Shown one piece after another: positions 11,311 through 20,613 of a stretch of 64,000 nt of DNA; position 1 is the first letter of the stretch, and every line of letters begins with the position of its first letter. The notes beneath the pieces were generated by a model. It searched no databases. It was not told the DNA's origin and saw only the letters and a program-made list of their open reading frames with translations. A program made the position numbers and the translations under genes. Source of the DNA: Candidatus Nanopelagicaceae bacterium (GTDB lineage: Bacteria > Actinomycetota > Actinomycetes > Nanopelagicales > Nanopelagicaceae); the NCBI GenBank assembly GCA_947454735.1, contig CANGLK010000003.1, forward strand, positions 9,138 to 73,137, given 5' to 3'.

Positions 11311-12160
11311 CGTAAGCGCCCTTTGCTGGTCGACGTCGACGTGGAAGTACATCTACACCAGGTGCCATTCTGCGACTCTGGATAAGGAAACCTGTATGTC
11401 CGATCATTCTCTGTTGTGGTCTAACTGCAAGACCTTCATGGTGCCAGCCTCGAACCAATGTCTCTGAACTCTCTGGTTCGGTAAATCGCCCATCTTCCTT
11501 TAACGCCTCTGCTGTTGCAGATAACTGCGTTGTGGTAGCAACGTAGGCGAGGAATACTCCACCAGGTCGCAGAACTTCCGCAGCCATAGCAACACACTCC
11601 CACGGAGCCAGCATGTCGAGTACAACACGATCAAATCCACCTTCAAAGTTCTGTTCCTGTACTGAGCCGACATCGAGGCGCCAGTTAGCCGGGGTCTCTC
11701 CGAAATAGTCGAGAACATTTGCTGAAGCAATCTTTGCAAAGTCATCACGTCGTTCAACGCTATGGACGAAGCCTTCTTTCCCGACTGCTCTTAAGAGTGA
11801 GAGCGTGAGAGCGCCGCTACCAACACCTGCCTCAAGTACTCGTGCGCCTGGATATATATCGGCAACGCCAACAATCATCGCTGCATCTTTTGGATAGACA
11901 ATCGTTGCGCCACGTGGCATTGAGAGGACGTAATCTGCAAGGAGAGGAATAAAGGCGGTGAACTTCAATCCCGCTGTGGTGCTTACGACAGAGCCCTCTG
12001 GCAATCCAATGAGATCCTCGTGAGTAATCCAACCCTTATGGGTGTGCCACTCCTTGCCTGGTGTGATCGTGAAGCTATATAGCTTTCCCTTGGGATCGGT
12101 CAGTTGAACGCGATCGCCGGCCCTGAAATAGCCGCTACCTGATTGAGAAGTCTGAGACAC
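11294..12160 (-). CDS. trmI: tRNA (adenine58-N1)-methyltransferase
   Basis: MPRGATIVYPKD, VLEAGVGSGALT, LDMLAPW, HTGFL; GTG 12160 is 7 nt after TAAGAT. Confidence 0.93.
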   Translation of the reverse strand: MSQTSQSGSGYFRAGDRVQLTDPKGKLYSFTITPGKEWHTHKGWITHEDLIGLPEGSVVSTTAGLKFTAFIPLLADYVLSMPRGATIVYPKDAAMIVGVADIYPGARVLEAGVGSGALTLSLLRAVGKEGFVHSVERRDDFAKIASANVLDYFGETPANWRLDVGSVQEQNFEGGFDRVVLDMLAPWECVAMAAEVLRPGGVFLAYVATTTQLSATAEALKEDGRFTEPESSETLVRGWHHEGLAVRPQQRMIGHTGFLIQSRRMAPGVDVLPRRRRPAKGAYGVSEE

Positions 12161-12220
12161 GTGGAGCATCTTAGGCGAGATATCGCTCGATGCGCTGACA
12201 TTGAGAGCTAAGGTCGCGAT

Positions 12221-12973
12221 ATGGATGCACTTCGACTCTCCCCCAGCAGAGTCAATGACTTTACAAATTGTCCGCAACTCTACAAATATCGTGCCATTCT
12301 CAACCTTCCCGAAAAAATTAGTCTCGATGCCGAGCGAGGGAAACTAGTTCATGCCGTCCTCGAGGATCTCTTCGAACTTCCTCGTAGTGATCGCGACCGT
12401 CAGCACGCAATTTCAATTCTCCCGGAGGCCTGGCAGAAACAACTCAAAGAGAAACCCGAACTCGCCGAGTTGGTCACCAGTAATCAGGAGTGGATGGATC
12501 GAGCAACTGCTCTCTTGCAGACATATTTCACCTTGGAGGATCCAACATCATTTGACTCAACATATCGTGAGTTGCATCTCGAAAAGAATTTCACGGAAGA
12601 GATCTACCTTCATGGATATGTCGATCGTCTAGATGTAGCGCCTACAGGTGAAGTCAGGATCGTTGACTATAAGACCGGTAAAGCACCAAAACCTGGATGG
12701 GAGGAGAAGGCGCTCTTCCAGCTTCGTGTCTATGCACTTCTCTATTGGCGCAACGAAGGTGTACTCCCGCGACTCTTGCAGTTGCTCTATCTTGGAGATG
12801 GAAAAACAGTGAAGAGTTCGCCAACCGAGAAGGAGCTCGAAGCGACCGAGAGAATTTTAAAAAATATCGGTAACGAAATTCTTACCGCTATCGATACCGA
12901 TTTCTTTCCAACGAAGAAGAGCAGGCTATGTGATTGGTGTTCCTTTAAAGAAATCTGTCCGGCACACAATTAA
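12221..12973 (+). CDS. RecB-family PD-(D/E)xK exonuclease with a 4-Cys motif (Rv2119-like)
   Basis: LSPSR..CP, GYVDRLD, VDYKTG, QL.VYA, CDWC..IC. Confidence 0.88.
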   Translation: MDALRLSPSRVNDFTNCPQLYKYRAILNLPEKISLDAERGKLVHAVLEDLFELPRSDRDRQHAISILPEAWQKQLKEKPELAELVTSNQEWMDRATALLQTYFTLEDPTSFDSTYRELHLEKNFTEEIYLHGYVDRLDVAPTGEVRIVDYKTGKAPKPGWEEKALFQLRVYALLYWRNEGVLPRLLQLLYLGDGKTVKSSPTEKELEATERILKNIGNEILTAIDTDFFPTKKSRLCDWCSFKEICPAHN

Positions 12974-12980
12974 TCCTCTG

Positions 12981-13002
12981 GATCCAAAGTTCGCTTTGGG
13001 TT
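12981..13002. terminator. Hairpin between convergent recB-like gene and metH
   Basis: GATCCAAAG-TTCG-CTTTGGGTT stem-loop with a weak U tract. Confidence 0.5.
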
Positions 13003-16000
13003 AATTAGCGTTGAAGTACTTCGCCTCAGGATGATGAACGATAATTGCAGAGGTTGATTGCTCTGGATGAAGTTGGAACTCTTCTGAGAGATTGACGCCA
13101 ATACGCTCTGGCTCGAGGAGTTCACAGAGCTGTACTTGCTGTTCGATATCTGGACAAGCTGGATACCCAAATGAGTAACGTGATCCGCGATATCCCTGAT
13201 CAAGAATTCCCTGTAAATCTGCAGCATCCTTATCGCGAACCGAGAACTCTTCACGTACGCGAGCATGCCAATGTTCGGCAAGGGCTTCTGTTAATTGAAC
13301 TGAGAGGCCGTGGAGTTCAAGATATTCACGATAGTTATTTGCTTCGAATAACTTATTGGCCGCCTGGCTGACGGTATTTCCCATCGTGACAACATGGAAT
13401 GCAACTACATCGGTCTTGCCGGAATCCTTTGCGGCGAAGAAATCTGCGATACAGAGCCTACGATCACGTCTTTGACGTGGGAATGAGAAACGTGTCCGTT
13501 CTTGACCTTTGAACGGTCCTTCATGATGCAAAATTACGAGGTCATTGCCATCGCTGACGCATGGGAAGTATCCGTAGACAACGGCAGCTTCGAGCCAGCC
13601 ATTTGCTTGTACTTCGTTGAGAAGAGCGCGAAGTCGTGGGCGACCTTCCTCTTCCACCATCTTCTCGTACTCACCGCGTGCGCCCTTGAGTCCCCATTGG
13701 CCCACAAAGAGAGCTCGTTCATCGAGCATTCCTACGTAATCAGCTAATGGAATTCCTTTAACAATACGAGATCCAAAGAATGGTGCCTTCGGAATATCAA
13801 TATCAATTGCCACATCGCTACGAGTTGTGTCATCGAGTGGAATATCTGCATTGCGTGAAACTGTCTTTACGCGACGCTGACGAAGCTCTGGAAGAGCTGC
13901 GCCCGGTTCACCGCGCTTAACAGCCATGATGGCATCCATTAAGCGCAATCCTTCAAAGGCATCACGTGCATAACGAACTTCGCCAGGAAAGACCGAAGAG
14001 AGATCTTCCTCTACAAAGGCTCGGGTAAGTGCAGCGCCGCCAAGGACGATAGGCCACTTCTGATCGAGGCCGCGAGATGTAATCTCTTCCAGATTCTCCT
14101 TCATTACAACGGTGGATTTCACAAGCAAACCGCTCATGCCAATCGCATCTACATTGTTCTCTAGAGCTGCATCAATAATCTGATTGACAGTTTGCTTGAT
14201 GCCGATATTGACAACGCGATAGCCATTGTTGGAGAGGATGATGTCTACGAGATTCTTGCCGATGTCATGAACATCGCCCTTAACAGTTGCGAGCAACATT
14301 GTGCCGCGACCACCTTCATCAGCCTTCTCCATATATTGCTCGAGGTAGGCAACCGCCGTCTTCATTACTTCAGCGCTCTGAAGTACGAAGGGAAGCTGCA
14401 TTTCGCCTTTTCCAAAGAGTTCGCCCACAACCTTCATGCCCTCAAGAAGGTGATCGTTGATGATTGAAAGCGGAGCGATTCCCATTTTCATCGCTTCATC
14501 AAGATCTTCGTTAAGGCCTACCTTTTCGCCATCGATAATGCGACGTTGAAGCCGTTCCTCTAAGGGAAGAGCGGCAAGTTCTGCAGCACGAGTAAGTCGA
14601 GATGCAGTTAGCTCCACGCCTTCAAAGAGTTGGAGGAACTCCGACAGCGGATCGTAGGTGCATTGATCTCCATCAAATGTGCGACGGTCATAAATCAAGT
14701 CAAGTGCAACCTCAAGCTGACGCGGTTCAATGCGTGCAATCGGCATGATCTTTGAAGGGTGAACAATTGCAGAAGTCAGACCTACTTGTGCACATTCATG
14801 GAGGAAGACTGAGTTAAGAACAACGCGAGCAGCAGGATTGAGACCAAATGAAACGTTACTGACGCCAAGCGTTGTCTGAACAGCCGGGTAGAGCTCCTTA
14901 AGAGTCTTAATCGCGCTGATTGTCTCTAGACCATCGCGACGAGTCTCTTCCTGGCCGGTTGCAATGGGGAAGGTGAGAGTATCGATCATGATGTCACCGA
15001 CTGCTATCCCCCAATTCCCTGTGAGATCTTCGATGAGACGCTTTGCGACTCGTACTTTCCACTCTGCAGTTCGAGCTTGGCCTTCTTCATCAATAGTCAG
15101 TGCAACTACGGCTGAACCATGCTCTTTGATAAGCGGCATGATGCGAGCAAAGCGTGAATTAGCTCCATCGCCATCTTCATAGTTAACTGAATTGATAACA
15201 CAGCGACCACCGAGAGTTTCAAGACCAGCTTGAAGTACGAGGGGTTCAGTTGAATCGAGCATGATGGGAAGTGTTGAAGCAGTTGCAAAGCGCGATGCGA
15301 TTTCGCGCATATCGCGTGCGCCATCACGGCCGACGTAATCAACGCTCAGATCAAGAATATGAGCACCGTCGCGAATTTGGTCTCGAGCGATCTCTACGCA
15401 GCTCTGCCAATCTTCGGCTACGAGCGCTTCGCGAAATGCCTTGGAACCATTTGCATTCGTGCGCTCACCAATTGCGAGATAAGTGAGATCTTGTTTCAAC
15501 GGTACGTACTGATAGAGAGAAGAGACTCCTGGTTCGCTTACAAGAGAACGAACCTTCGGCGCGCGATTTGAAATACGAGCTACGACTGCTGCCAGATGCT
15601 CAGGAGTTGTTCCACAACAACCACCAATAAGAGAGAGACCATAATCATCGACGAAGGTATTGAGCGCATCCGCTAATTCGCTTGGTGCAAGTGGATAGCT
15701 TGCACCATTGGGTCCGAGGATGGGTAGTCCTGCATTAGGCATAACTGAGATTGCCACCTTCGAATTCTTGGCCAAGTAGCGAAGGTGTTCAGACATTTCA
15801 GCGGGACCCGTGGCGCAATTAAGACCAATGAGATCGATATCAAGCGGTTCAAGTGCATTAAGCGCCGCTCCGATTTCAGATCCAAGGAGCATTGTTCCTG
15901 TTGTTTCAACAGTCACCTGTGCAATAAGAATGACATCACGATCGAGAGAATCTAGTACTTCTCGTGCACCGTTTACAGCAGCCTTTGCTTGAAGCAAATC

Positions 16001-16513
16001 TTGAGATGTCTCGATGAGGAGAGCGTCGACTCCGGCATCGACCAATCCTTGCGATGCAATCCGATATGCATCCTTAAGATGGGCGTAGGTCGTATGGCCA
16101 AGTGTGGGCAACTTTGTACCTGGACCAAGTGAACCAAGTACGAAGCGTGGTTTACCAGGTGTCGAATAGGCATCAGCTGCTTGACGAGCAATCTCGGCTC
16201 CGGCAAAGGCCAACTCATAGATTCGATCTTCAATGCCATATTCCGCCAGATTTGCCCAGTTAGCACCGAAGGTATTTGTTTCAATCGCATCTACTCCCAC
16301 AGAGAGATATGCATCGTGAACTGAGCGGACGATATCGGGACGGGTAACGTTGAGAATCTCGTTGCAGCCCTCATGGCTCTGGAAATCTTCTAAAGAGGGA
16401 TTAGCCGCCTGGAGCATTGTTCCCATGGCGCCATCAGCGATGATCACGCGAGAGCGCATCGTTGCGCGAAGGAGTCCATCGCGTTTGCGTTGGTGTTGCT
16501 GCGAACTCGTCAC
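13001..16513 (-). CDS. metH: B12-dependent methionine synthase
   Basis: DGAMGTM, GLNC, GGCCGT, IGERTN, GDVHDIGKN cobalamin motif, RYSFGYPACP; GTG 16513 is 7 nt after TAACCT. Confidence 0.97.
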   Translation of the reverse strand: MTSSQQHQRKRDGLLRATMRSRVIIADGAMGTMLQAANPSLEDFQSHEGCNEILNVTRPDIVRSVHDAYLSVGVDAIETNTFGANWANLAEYGIEDRIYELAFAGAEIARQAADAYSTPGKPRFVLGSLGPGTKLPTLGHTTYAHLKDAYRIASQGLVDAGVDALLIETSQDLLQAKAAVNGAREVLDSLDRDVILIAQVTVETTGTMLLGSEIGAALNALEPLDIDLIGLNCATGPAEMSEHLRYLAKNSKVAISVMPNAGLPILGPNGASYPLAPSELADALNTFVDDYGLSLIGGCCGTTPEHLAAVVARISNRAPKVRSLVSEPGVSSLYQYVPLKQDLTYLAIGERTNANGSKAFREALVAEDWQSCVEIARDQIRDGAHILDLSVDYVGRDGARDMREIASRFATASTLPIMLDSTEPLVLQAGLETLGGRCVINSVNYEDGDGANSRFARIMPLIKEHGSAVVALTIDEEGQARTAEWKVRVAKRLIEDLTGNWGIAVGDIMIDTLTFPIATGQEETRRDGLETISAIKTLKELYPAVQTTLGVSNVSFGLNPAARVVLNSVFLHECAQVGLTSAIVHPSKIMPIARIEPRQLEVALDLIYDRRTFDGDQCTYDPLSEFLQLFEGVELTASRLTRAAELAALPLEERLQRRIIDGEKVGLNEDLDEAMKMGIAPLSIINDHLLEGMKVVGELFGKGEMQLPFVLQSAEVMKTAVAYLEQYMEKADEGGRGTMLLATVKGDVHDIGKNLVDIILSNNGYRVVNIGIKQTVNQIIDAALENNVDAIGMSGLLVKSTVVMKENLEEITSRGLDQKWPIVLGGAALTRAFVEEDLSSVFPGEVRYARDAFEGLRLMDAIMAVKRGEPGAALPELRQRRVKTVSRNADIPLDDTTRSDVAIDIDIPKAPFFGSRIVKGIPLADYVGMLDERALFVGQWGLKGARGEYEKMVEEEGRPRLRALLNEVQANGWLEAAVVYGYFPCVSDGNDLVILHHEGPFKGQERTRFSFPRQRRDRRLCIADFFAAKDSGKTDVVAFHVVTMGNTVSQAANKLFEANNYREYLELHGLSVQLTEALAEHWHARVREEFSVRDKDAADLQGILDQGYRGSRYSFGYPACPDIEQQVQLCELLEPERIGVNLSEEFQLHPEQSTSAIIVHHPEAKYFNAN

Positions 16514-16542
16514 GGAGAGGAGGTTACCGTAAGGTGTCGCTC
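16514..16542. promoter_or_regulatory. Back-to-back -10 boxes for leaderless metH and PAC2
   Basis: Minus-strand TAACCT (16521-16526) and plus-strand TAAGGT (16530-16535), each 7 nt from a GTG start. Confidence 0.7.
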
Positions 16543-17421
16543 GTGGAGATTCATGAGATTCCAAGTCTGCGCTCACCGATCATGGTTGTCGCCTTTGGTG
16601 GCTGGAGCGATGCCGGAGAGGCTGCGACAGGGGTTATCAACCATCTGCTCTCCACGCTTAGCGGAGATATCTCTTTAGAAGAATCCCAACCTGCTCTCAT
16701 CGCTGAAGTTGACTCTGAAGATTACTTCGATTTTCAGGTTAATCGACCTTTGATATTCGTAGATGGCTCGATGATTCGAAGCCTGACATGGCCGGGAGTT
16801 CAGATATTTGGCGTCAAGAATCCTGAGGGCGAGCGAGATTTCGTTCTTGTGCGAGGAGTTGAACCCTCTATGCGCTGGCGAACATTCGCCTCTGAGCTTC
16901 TCCATCTTGCCGACGATTTAGAGGTCGAACTCATTATCACTCTCGGATCGATGCTGGCAGATACTCCTCATACTCGCGCGATTCCAGTATCTGGTACCGG
17001 TGCGCATCCAGATATTGCGCAACGTCTTGGCGTCGAAGTGAGTAGATATGAAGGACCAACAGGAATTCTGGCGGTGATTCAGGATGGATGTGTACGTCGC
17101 GGGATTGATGCCGTTGCTCTTTGGGCAGCTGTCCCCCACTATGCAAATGCCAGTCCATCGCCGAAGGCAACTCTCGCCCTAGTAAATGGGCTGGAAGATT
17201 TTCTCGAGATTAACCTTCCACAAGGTGAACTCCCACAACTGGCTCGTAAGTGGGAAGAGTCTGTTACAGAGATGGTGAAAGAAGATTCCGATATCGAGGA
17301 GTACATCAAGACTCTTGAAGAGTCGAAAGATGCAGGTGAAATCTCTGAAGATAGCGGTGAAGAGTTGGCGCGCGAAGTTGAACGGTTCTTGCGACGTCAA
17401 AACAACAGCAACGATAGTTAG
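16543..17421 (+). CDS. PAC2-family (proteasome assembly chaperone-like) protein
   Basis: AFGGWSDAGEAA, DYFDFQVNRP, EPSMRW, DTPHTR, YEGPTGI, AVPHY; divergent from metH as in mycobacteria. Confidence 0.88.
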   Translation: MEIHEIPSLRSPIMVVAFGGWSDAGEAATGVINHLLSTLSGDISLEESQPALIAEVDSEDYFDFQVNRPLIFVDGSMIRSLTWPGVQIFGVKNPEGERDFVLVRGVEPSMRWRTFASELLHLADDLEVELIITLGSMLADTPHTRAIPVSGTGAHPDIAQRLGVEVSRYEGPTGILAVIQDGCVRRGIDAVALWAAVPHYANASPSPKATLALVNGLEDFLEINLPQGELPQLARKWEESVTEMVKEDSDIEEYIKTLEESKDAGEISEDSGEELAREVERFLRRQNNSNDS

Positions 17422-18659
17422 AGCGCTAGACCTAAGATTGCATCAAGTGCACGTGAGAGTTCACCAGGTGAACCACCTTCTGCGCCGAGTTCACTTGCAA
17501 GTACCCACTCTTTAATCAATTGAAGTGATTTCGGGGTGTCGAGATTATCTGCTTGCGCCGAAATAATCGAAGCGATCACACCATCTGTTGGAGCTGTCTC
17601 CATCATAGAGAGCGCACGGCGAAGTCGAATTATCCATTCTGATGCTTTCAGGAGGCCGCTATCGCTCCACGAGCGATCTGTTGAGTAGTGGCTCTCCATC
17701 AGTGCCCAACGAATAGCCATCGGATCTACTCCGCTTGAAACTAACTTCGAAACAAAGACGAGATTACCGAGCGACTTGCTCATCTTCACTCCCTCGAGAC
17801 CGATCATCCCTGAGTGAACATAATGAGATGCAAACTCGCGACCTTGCAAAATTTTTCCTTGCGCAGCTGACATCTCATGGTGAGGGAAGATTAAATCGCT
17901 TCCACCACCTTGGATATCAATGGATGTATCACTTGAAGTTTCTGGCTCGAGGTAATGCAGAGCAATAGCACAGCACTCGATATGCCAGCCGGGACGGCCT
18001 TCACCGAATGGACTCGGCCATGATGGCTCTCCCTCGCGATGTCCAAGCCAAAGCAGCGCATCAAGTGGATCTCTCTTACCAATTCTCGTTGGATCTCCGC
18101 CACGTTCAGCAAATATCTCAAGCATCTTCTCTTGAGATAGGTGAGAGCGTGATCCGAAATCAGAATCTGCATGAACAGAGAAATAGAGATCTTTATCGAC
18201 CTCGTAGGTACTAGAACGTGAAGCCAAAGTAGTAATTGATTGAATTACTAGTTCCATCGCCTCGACTACTCCGATGTAGTGATCGGGAGGAAGAATATGG
18301 AGATTGACCATATCTCCTCTAAAGAGAGCAATTTGGGATTGCGCTAATTCACGCCAATCCACATTATCTCGAAGTGCGCGTTCCAAAAGTGGATCGTCAA
18401 TATCGGTAATGTTCTGAACAAATCGCACCTCTGCCCCACGTGCTCGAAGATAGCGATGAGCAAGATCAAAGGTGAGGTAGGTAGCGGCATGACCTAAATG
18501 TGTGGCGTCATATGGAGTAATTCCGCAGACATAAATTCTGTAGAGATCCTTATCCGGCAAAGGATATGAACCCGCACGTGCCGTATCCCAAAGTGAGAGT
18601 GGCGGAGTTGAAAATCGCTTATCCAGAGGAGGAATTGCAACGCTTGCCCATGAGTTCAT
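17418..18659 (-). CDS. mshC: Cysteine:GlcN-Ins ligase (mycothiol biosynthesis)
   Basis: YVCGITPYDATHLGHA, GRPGWHIEC, DLIFPHHE, KMSKS; no CysRS anticodon domain. Confidence 0.93.
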   Translation of the reverse strand: MNSWASVAIPPLDKRFSTPPLSLWDTARAGSYPLPDKDLYRIYVCGITPYDATHLGHAATYLTFDLAHRYLRARGAEVRFVQNITDIDDPLLERALRDNVDWRELAQSQIALFRGDMVNLHILPPDHYIGVVEAMELVIQSITTLASRSSTYEVDKDLYFSVHADSDFGSRSHLSQEKMLEIFAERGGDPTRIGKRDPLDALLWLGHREGEPSWPSPFGEGRPGWHIECCAIALHYLEPETSSDTSIDIQGGGSDLIFPHHEMSAAQGKILQGREFASHYVHSGMIGLEGVKMSKSLGNLVFVSKLVSSGVDPMAIRWALMESHYSTDRSWSDSGLLKASEWIIRLRRALSMMETAPTDGVIASIISAQADNLDTPKSLQLIKEWVLASELGAEGGSPGELSRALDAILGLAL

Positions 18660-18675
18660 TGGAGAAGGGTAACCT

Positions 18676-19368
18676 CTAGAACGGTGGCCATGGGATATGA
18701 GGCCACTCTGGATTTGGCTCAGGGAAAGTTTTCATCTCTATGAGGCGATTGATTCGAAGAATGAGTGCAGCAATCTCATCTTCAGTGAGCAAAGATTTGA
18801 GTTCGTCGAGGTCATCGCCATTAATCAACACCAAGAGATTCTCTAGCGCATTAATCTCCATCTGATTGATTTTCTCGCCTGCCCATTGCCATAAGACGGT
18901 ACGCAACTTGTCATCGATATGGAAAGTCACTCCATGATCGCAGACATAGAGGTGACCATCTCTATCGGGCAGAAGGTGACCAATCTTTCGATCAGTATTG
19001 TTGATGACAGCATCAAGTAGGGCGACTTCACGTAATTGTGGATCATCTTTGCGGAAATGGAGCTCTAGATCGATCTCTTCATCGACATCGATCCATCGCT
19101 GTACCATTCCAAAACCGAATGGGCCATCTCGCAAGATTGTGAGAGGGATGTGATTGAAGCCAAGGGCTTGATCAATGAGATATGCAGCGCGTTCACGCGA
19201 GGCAAGGTTGCCGTCAGGAAAGTCCCAGAGAGGCCTTTCTCCCGCCACAGGCTTATAAATCGCCTTTACATTGGTGCTTCCATCTGAAATCTCGACAAAG
19301 AGCGTTGCATTGCTTGCATCAACAAGTCGACCTTCGACGGTGATCTCACCTACTTCAAGAATTTTCAT
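18676..19368 (-). CDS. SCO1664-family PI3/4-kinase-like protein
   Basis: ASNAT, YKPVAGERPLWDFPDG, NNTDRKIGH, DHG, C-terminal IPWPPF. Confidence 0.85.
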   Translation of the reverse strand: MKILEVGEITVEGRLVDASNATLFVEISDGSTNVKAIYKPVAGERPLWDFPDGNLASRERAAYLIDQALGFNHIPLTILRDGPFGFGMVQRWIDVDEEIDLELHFRKDDPQLREVALLDAVINNTDRKIGHLLPDRDGHLYVCDHGVTFHIDDKLRTVLWQWAGEKINQMEINALENLLVLINGDDLDELKSLLTEDEIAALILRINRLIEMKTFPEPNPEWPHIPWPPF

Positions 19369-19901
19369 CTTCTATACCCATTAGCCCGTGCGCAGAGGTG
19401 CCCTTGAGGATCTATAGGAAGTGCGCAGAATGGACAAGGTTGGCGTCCGGCAGCGATAACAAGTTCAGCTCTATCTTGAAAAATATTTGCCTGTGTAGGG
19501 GTTATATAGATTCGGATGATCTCTACATCATCGAGAATTGGGAACTCATCCTCATCGTCGTCCTCATCATTGAGATTGAGTTCGCGTAGATCAATTTGAA
19601 TCATCTCACTCTCTTCATCGTAGAAAATCGCGATAGATCCAACGCGAAATTCATCCATAACCGGTGTTTCTAAGGGAAGTGAATCGCGTGTAAGAGATGG
19701 TTTCGGTGAGATGGGGTGTGCAACACGAATCTCCTTGAGCATGTAACGCAGACGTTCTGAGATGGCAGTCACTTGTGATTTCTCAATTGAAGTCGAAATA
19801 AGCGCGCTCGATGCTCGAATCTGTAGAAAAAATGTGCGATCACCTGGTTGACCTAATGTGCCAACTGTGAAACGCGAAATATCTTTAAATGTCCGGAGCA
19901 T
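19365..19901 (-). CDS. DUF3090-family conserved actinobacterial protein
   Basis: GTLGQPGDRTFFLQ, EFRVG, GRQPCPFC..P.DP.GHLC.RANG. Confidence 0.85.
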   Translation of the reverse strand: MLRTFKDISRFTVGTLGQPGDRTFFLQIRASSALISTSIEKSQVTAISERLRYMLKEIRVAHPISPKPSLTRDSLPLETPVMDEFRVGSIAIFYDEESEMIQIDLRELNLNDEDDDEDEFPILDDVEIIRIYITPTQANIFQDRAELVIAAGRQPCPFCALPIDPQGHLCARANGYRR

Positions 19902-19903
19902 AC

Positions 19904-20530
19904 TTAGCCAAGAATCTCTTTGAGGTTTCCAGAGTTGTTGATTGTCACAAGAGAAAGCTTCTTTGAATCGCCCGAGAAGACGGTGAAGGATGCCGGCGCT
20001 ATCTCTAGCTTTTGGAATTCATCCAACTTCATTCCAAGTAGATGTGCCACGACTAATTTGATCGTATCCGAGTGGGAAACTATGAGATGTACTTTCTCTC
20101 CGCGGATGGATCGAATTTCTTGAAGAGATACTACTGCTCGCTTCTGGGCTTTCTTAAATGACTCTCCCCCAGGGAAAGTCACTTGTGATGGACTCTCTTG
20201 TACGCTCTTCCATAATGGGTTTCTGCGAAGAGTCGATAATTTCTTCCCGCTCCATTCACCAAAATTAATCTCCGAAAAACCATCATTGATTTCAAGTGAA
20301 GTGATGCTCTTTGAATGAGGAGATTGCAGCCAGGGATTAATCGTCAGTTGGCAACGTTCAATAGGACTGAGGTGTACGCGGTCGATTATTCCTTTGCCGA
20401 TGCGGCTAATCAGTTGATCTGCTTGCTTACGACCAACTGGTGAGAGACAAATTCCTGGGAGCTGTCCGGTAAGTAGGCCCTCCTTATTGGCAGCAGAATG
20501 TCCATGGCGGAGGAAAATGTATGTACTCAT
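19904..20530 (-). CDS. Histidine phosphatase/phosphomutase (MSMEG_4193 family)
   Basis: RHG motif, SP..RC.LT, E.NFGEW, FPGGES, VSHSD; ATG 20530 after SD AAGGAG. Confidence 0.85.
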   Translation of the reverse strand: MSTYIFLRHGHSAANKEGLLTGQLPGICLSPVGRKQADQLISRIGKGIIDRVHLSPIERCQLTINPWLQSPHSKSITSLEINDGFSEINFGEWSGKKLSTLRRNPLWKSVQESPSQVTFPGGESFKKAQKRAVVSLQEIRSIRGEKVHLIVSHSDTIKLVVAHLLGMKLDEFQKLEIAPASFTVFSGDSKKLSLVTINNSGNLKEILG

Positions 20531-20613
20531 GGAACTCCTTTTATTCATTGGTCAACACGCTCAGCGCCTAGGTTAGCGAGTTATTGCTATGGAGTCTTGC
20601 TAAGGTCGCGCTC

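Noticed and set aside
12174-12200. PafBC-type promoter (TGTCAG) upstream of trmI-pafBC
   Set aside because: No TANNNT at the required 10-nt spacing.
12221-12973. Cas4-like 4-Cys nuclease suggesting CRISPR
   Set aside because: No repeats or cas genes; this is the conserved RecB-family gene beside trmI.
16462-16576. Apparent head-to-head gene overlaps in the ORF track (also 12221-12277 and 26925-26938)
   Set aside because: Artefacts of longest-ORF starts; -10-supported starts remove the overlaps.
17418-18659. Second cysteinyl-tRNA synthetase
   Set aside because: Lacks the anticodon domain; motif and context indicate MshC.
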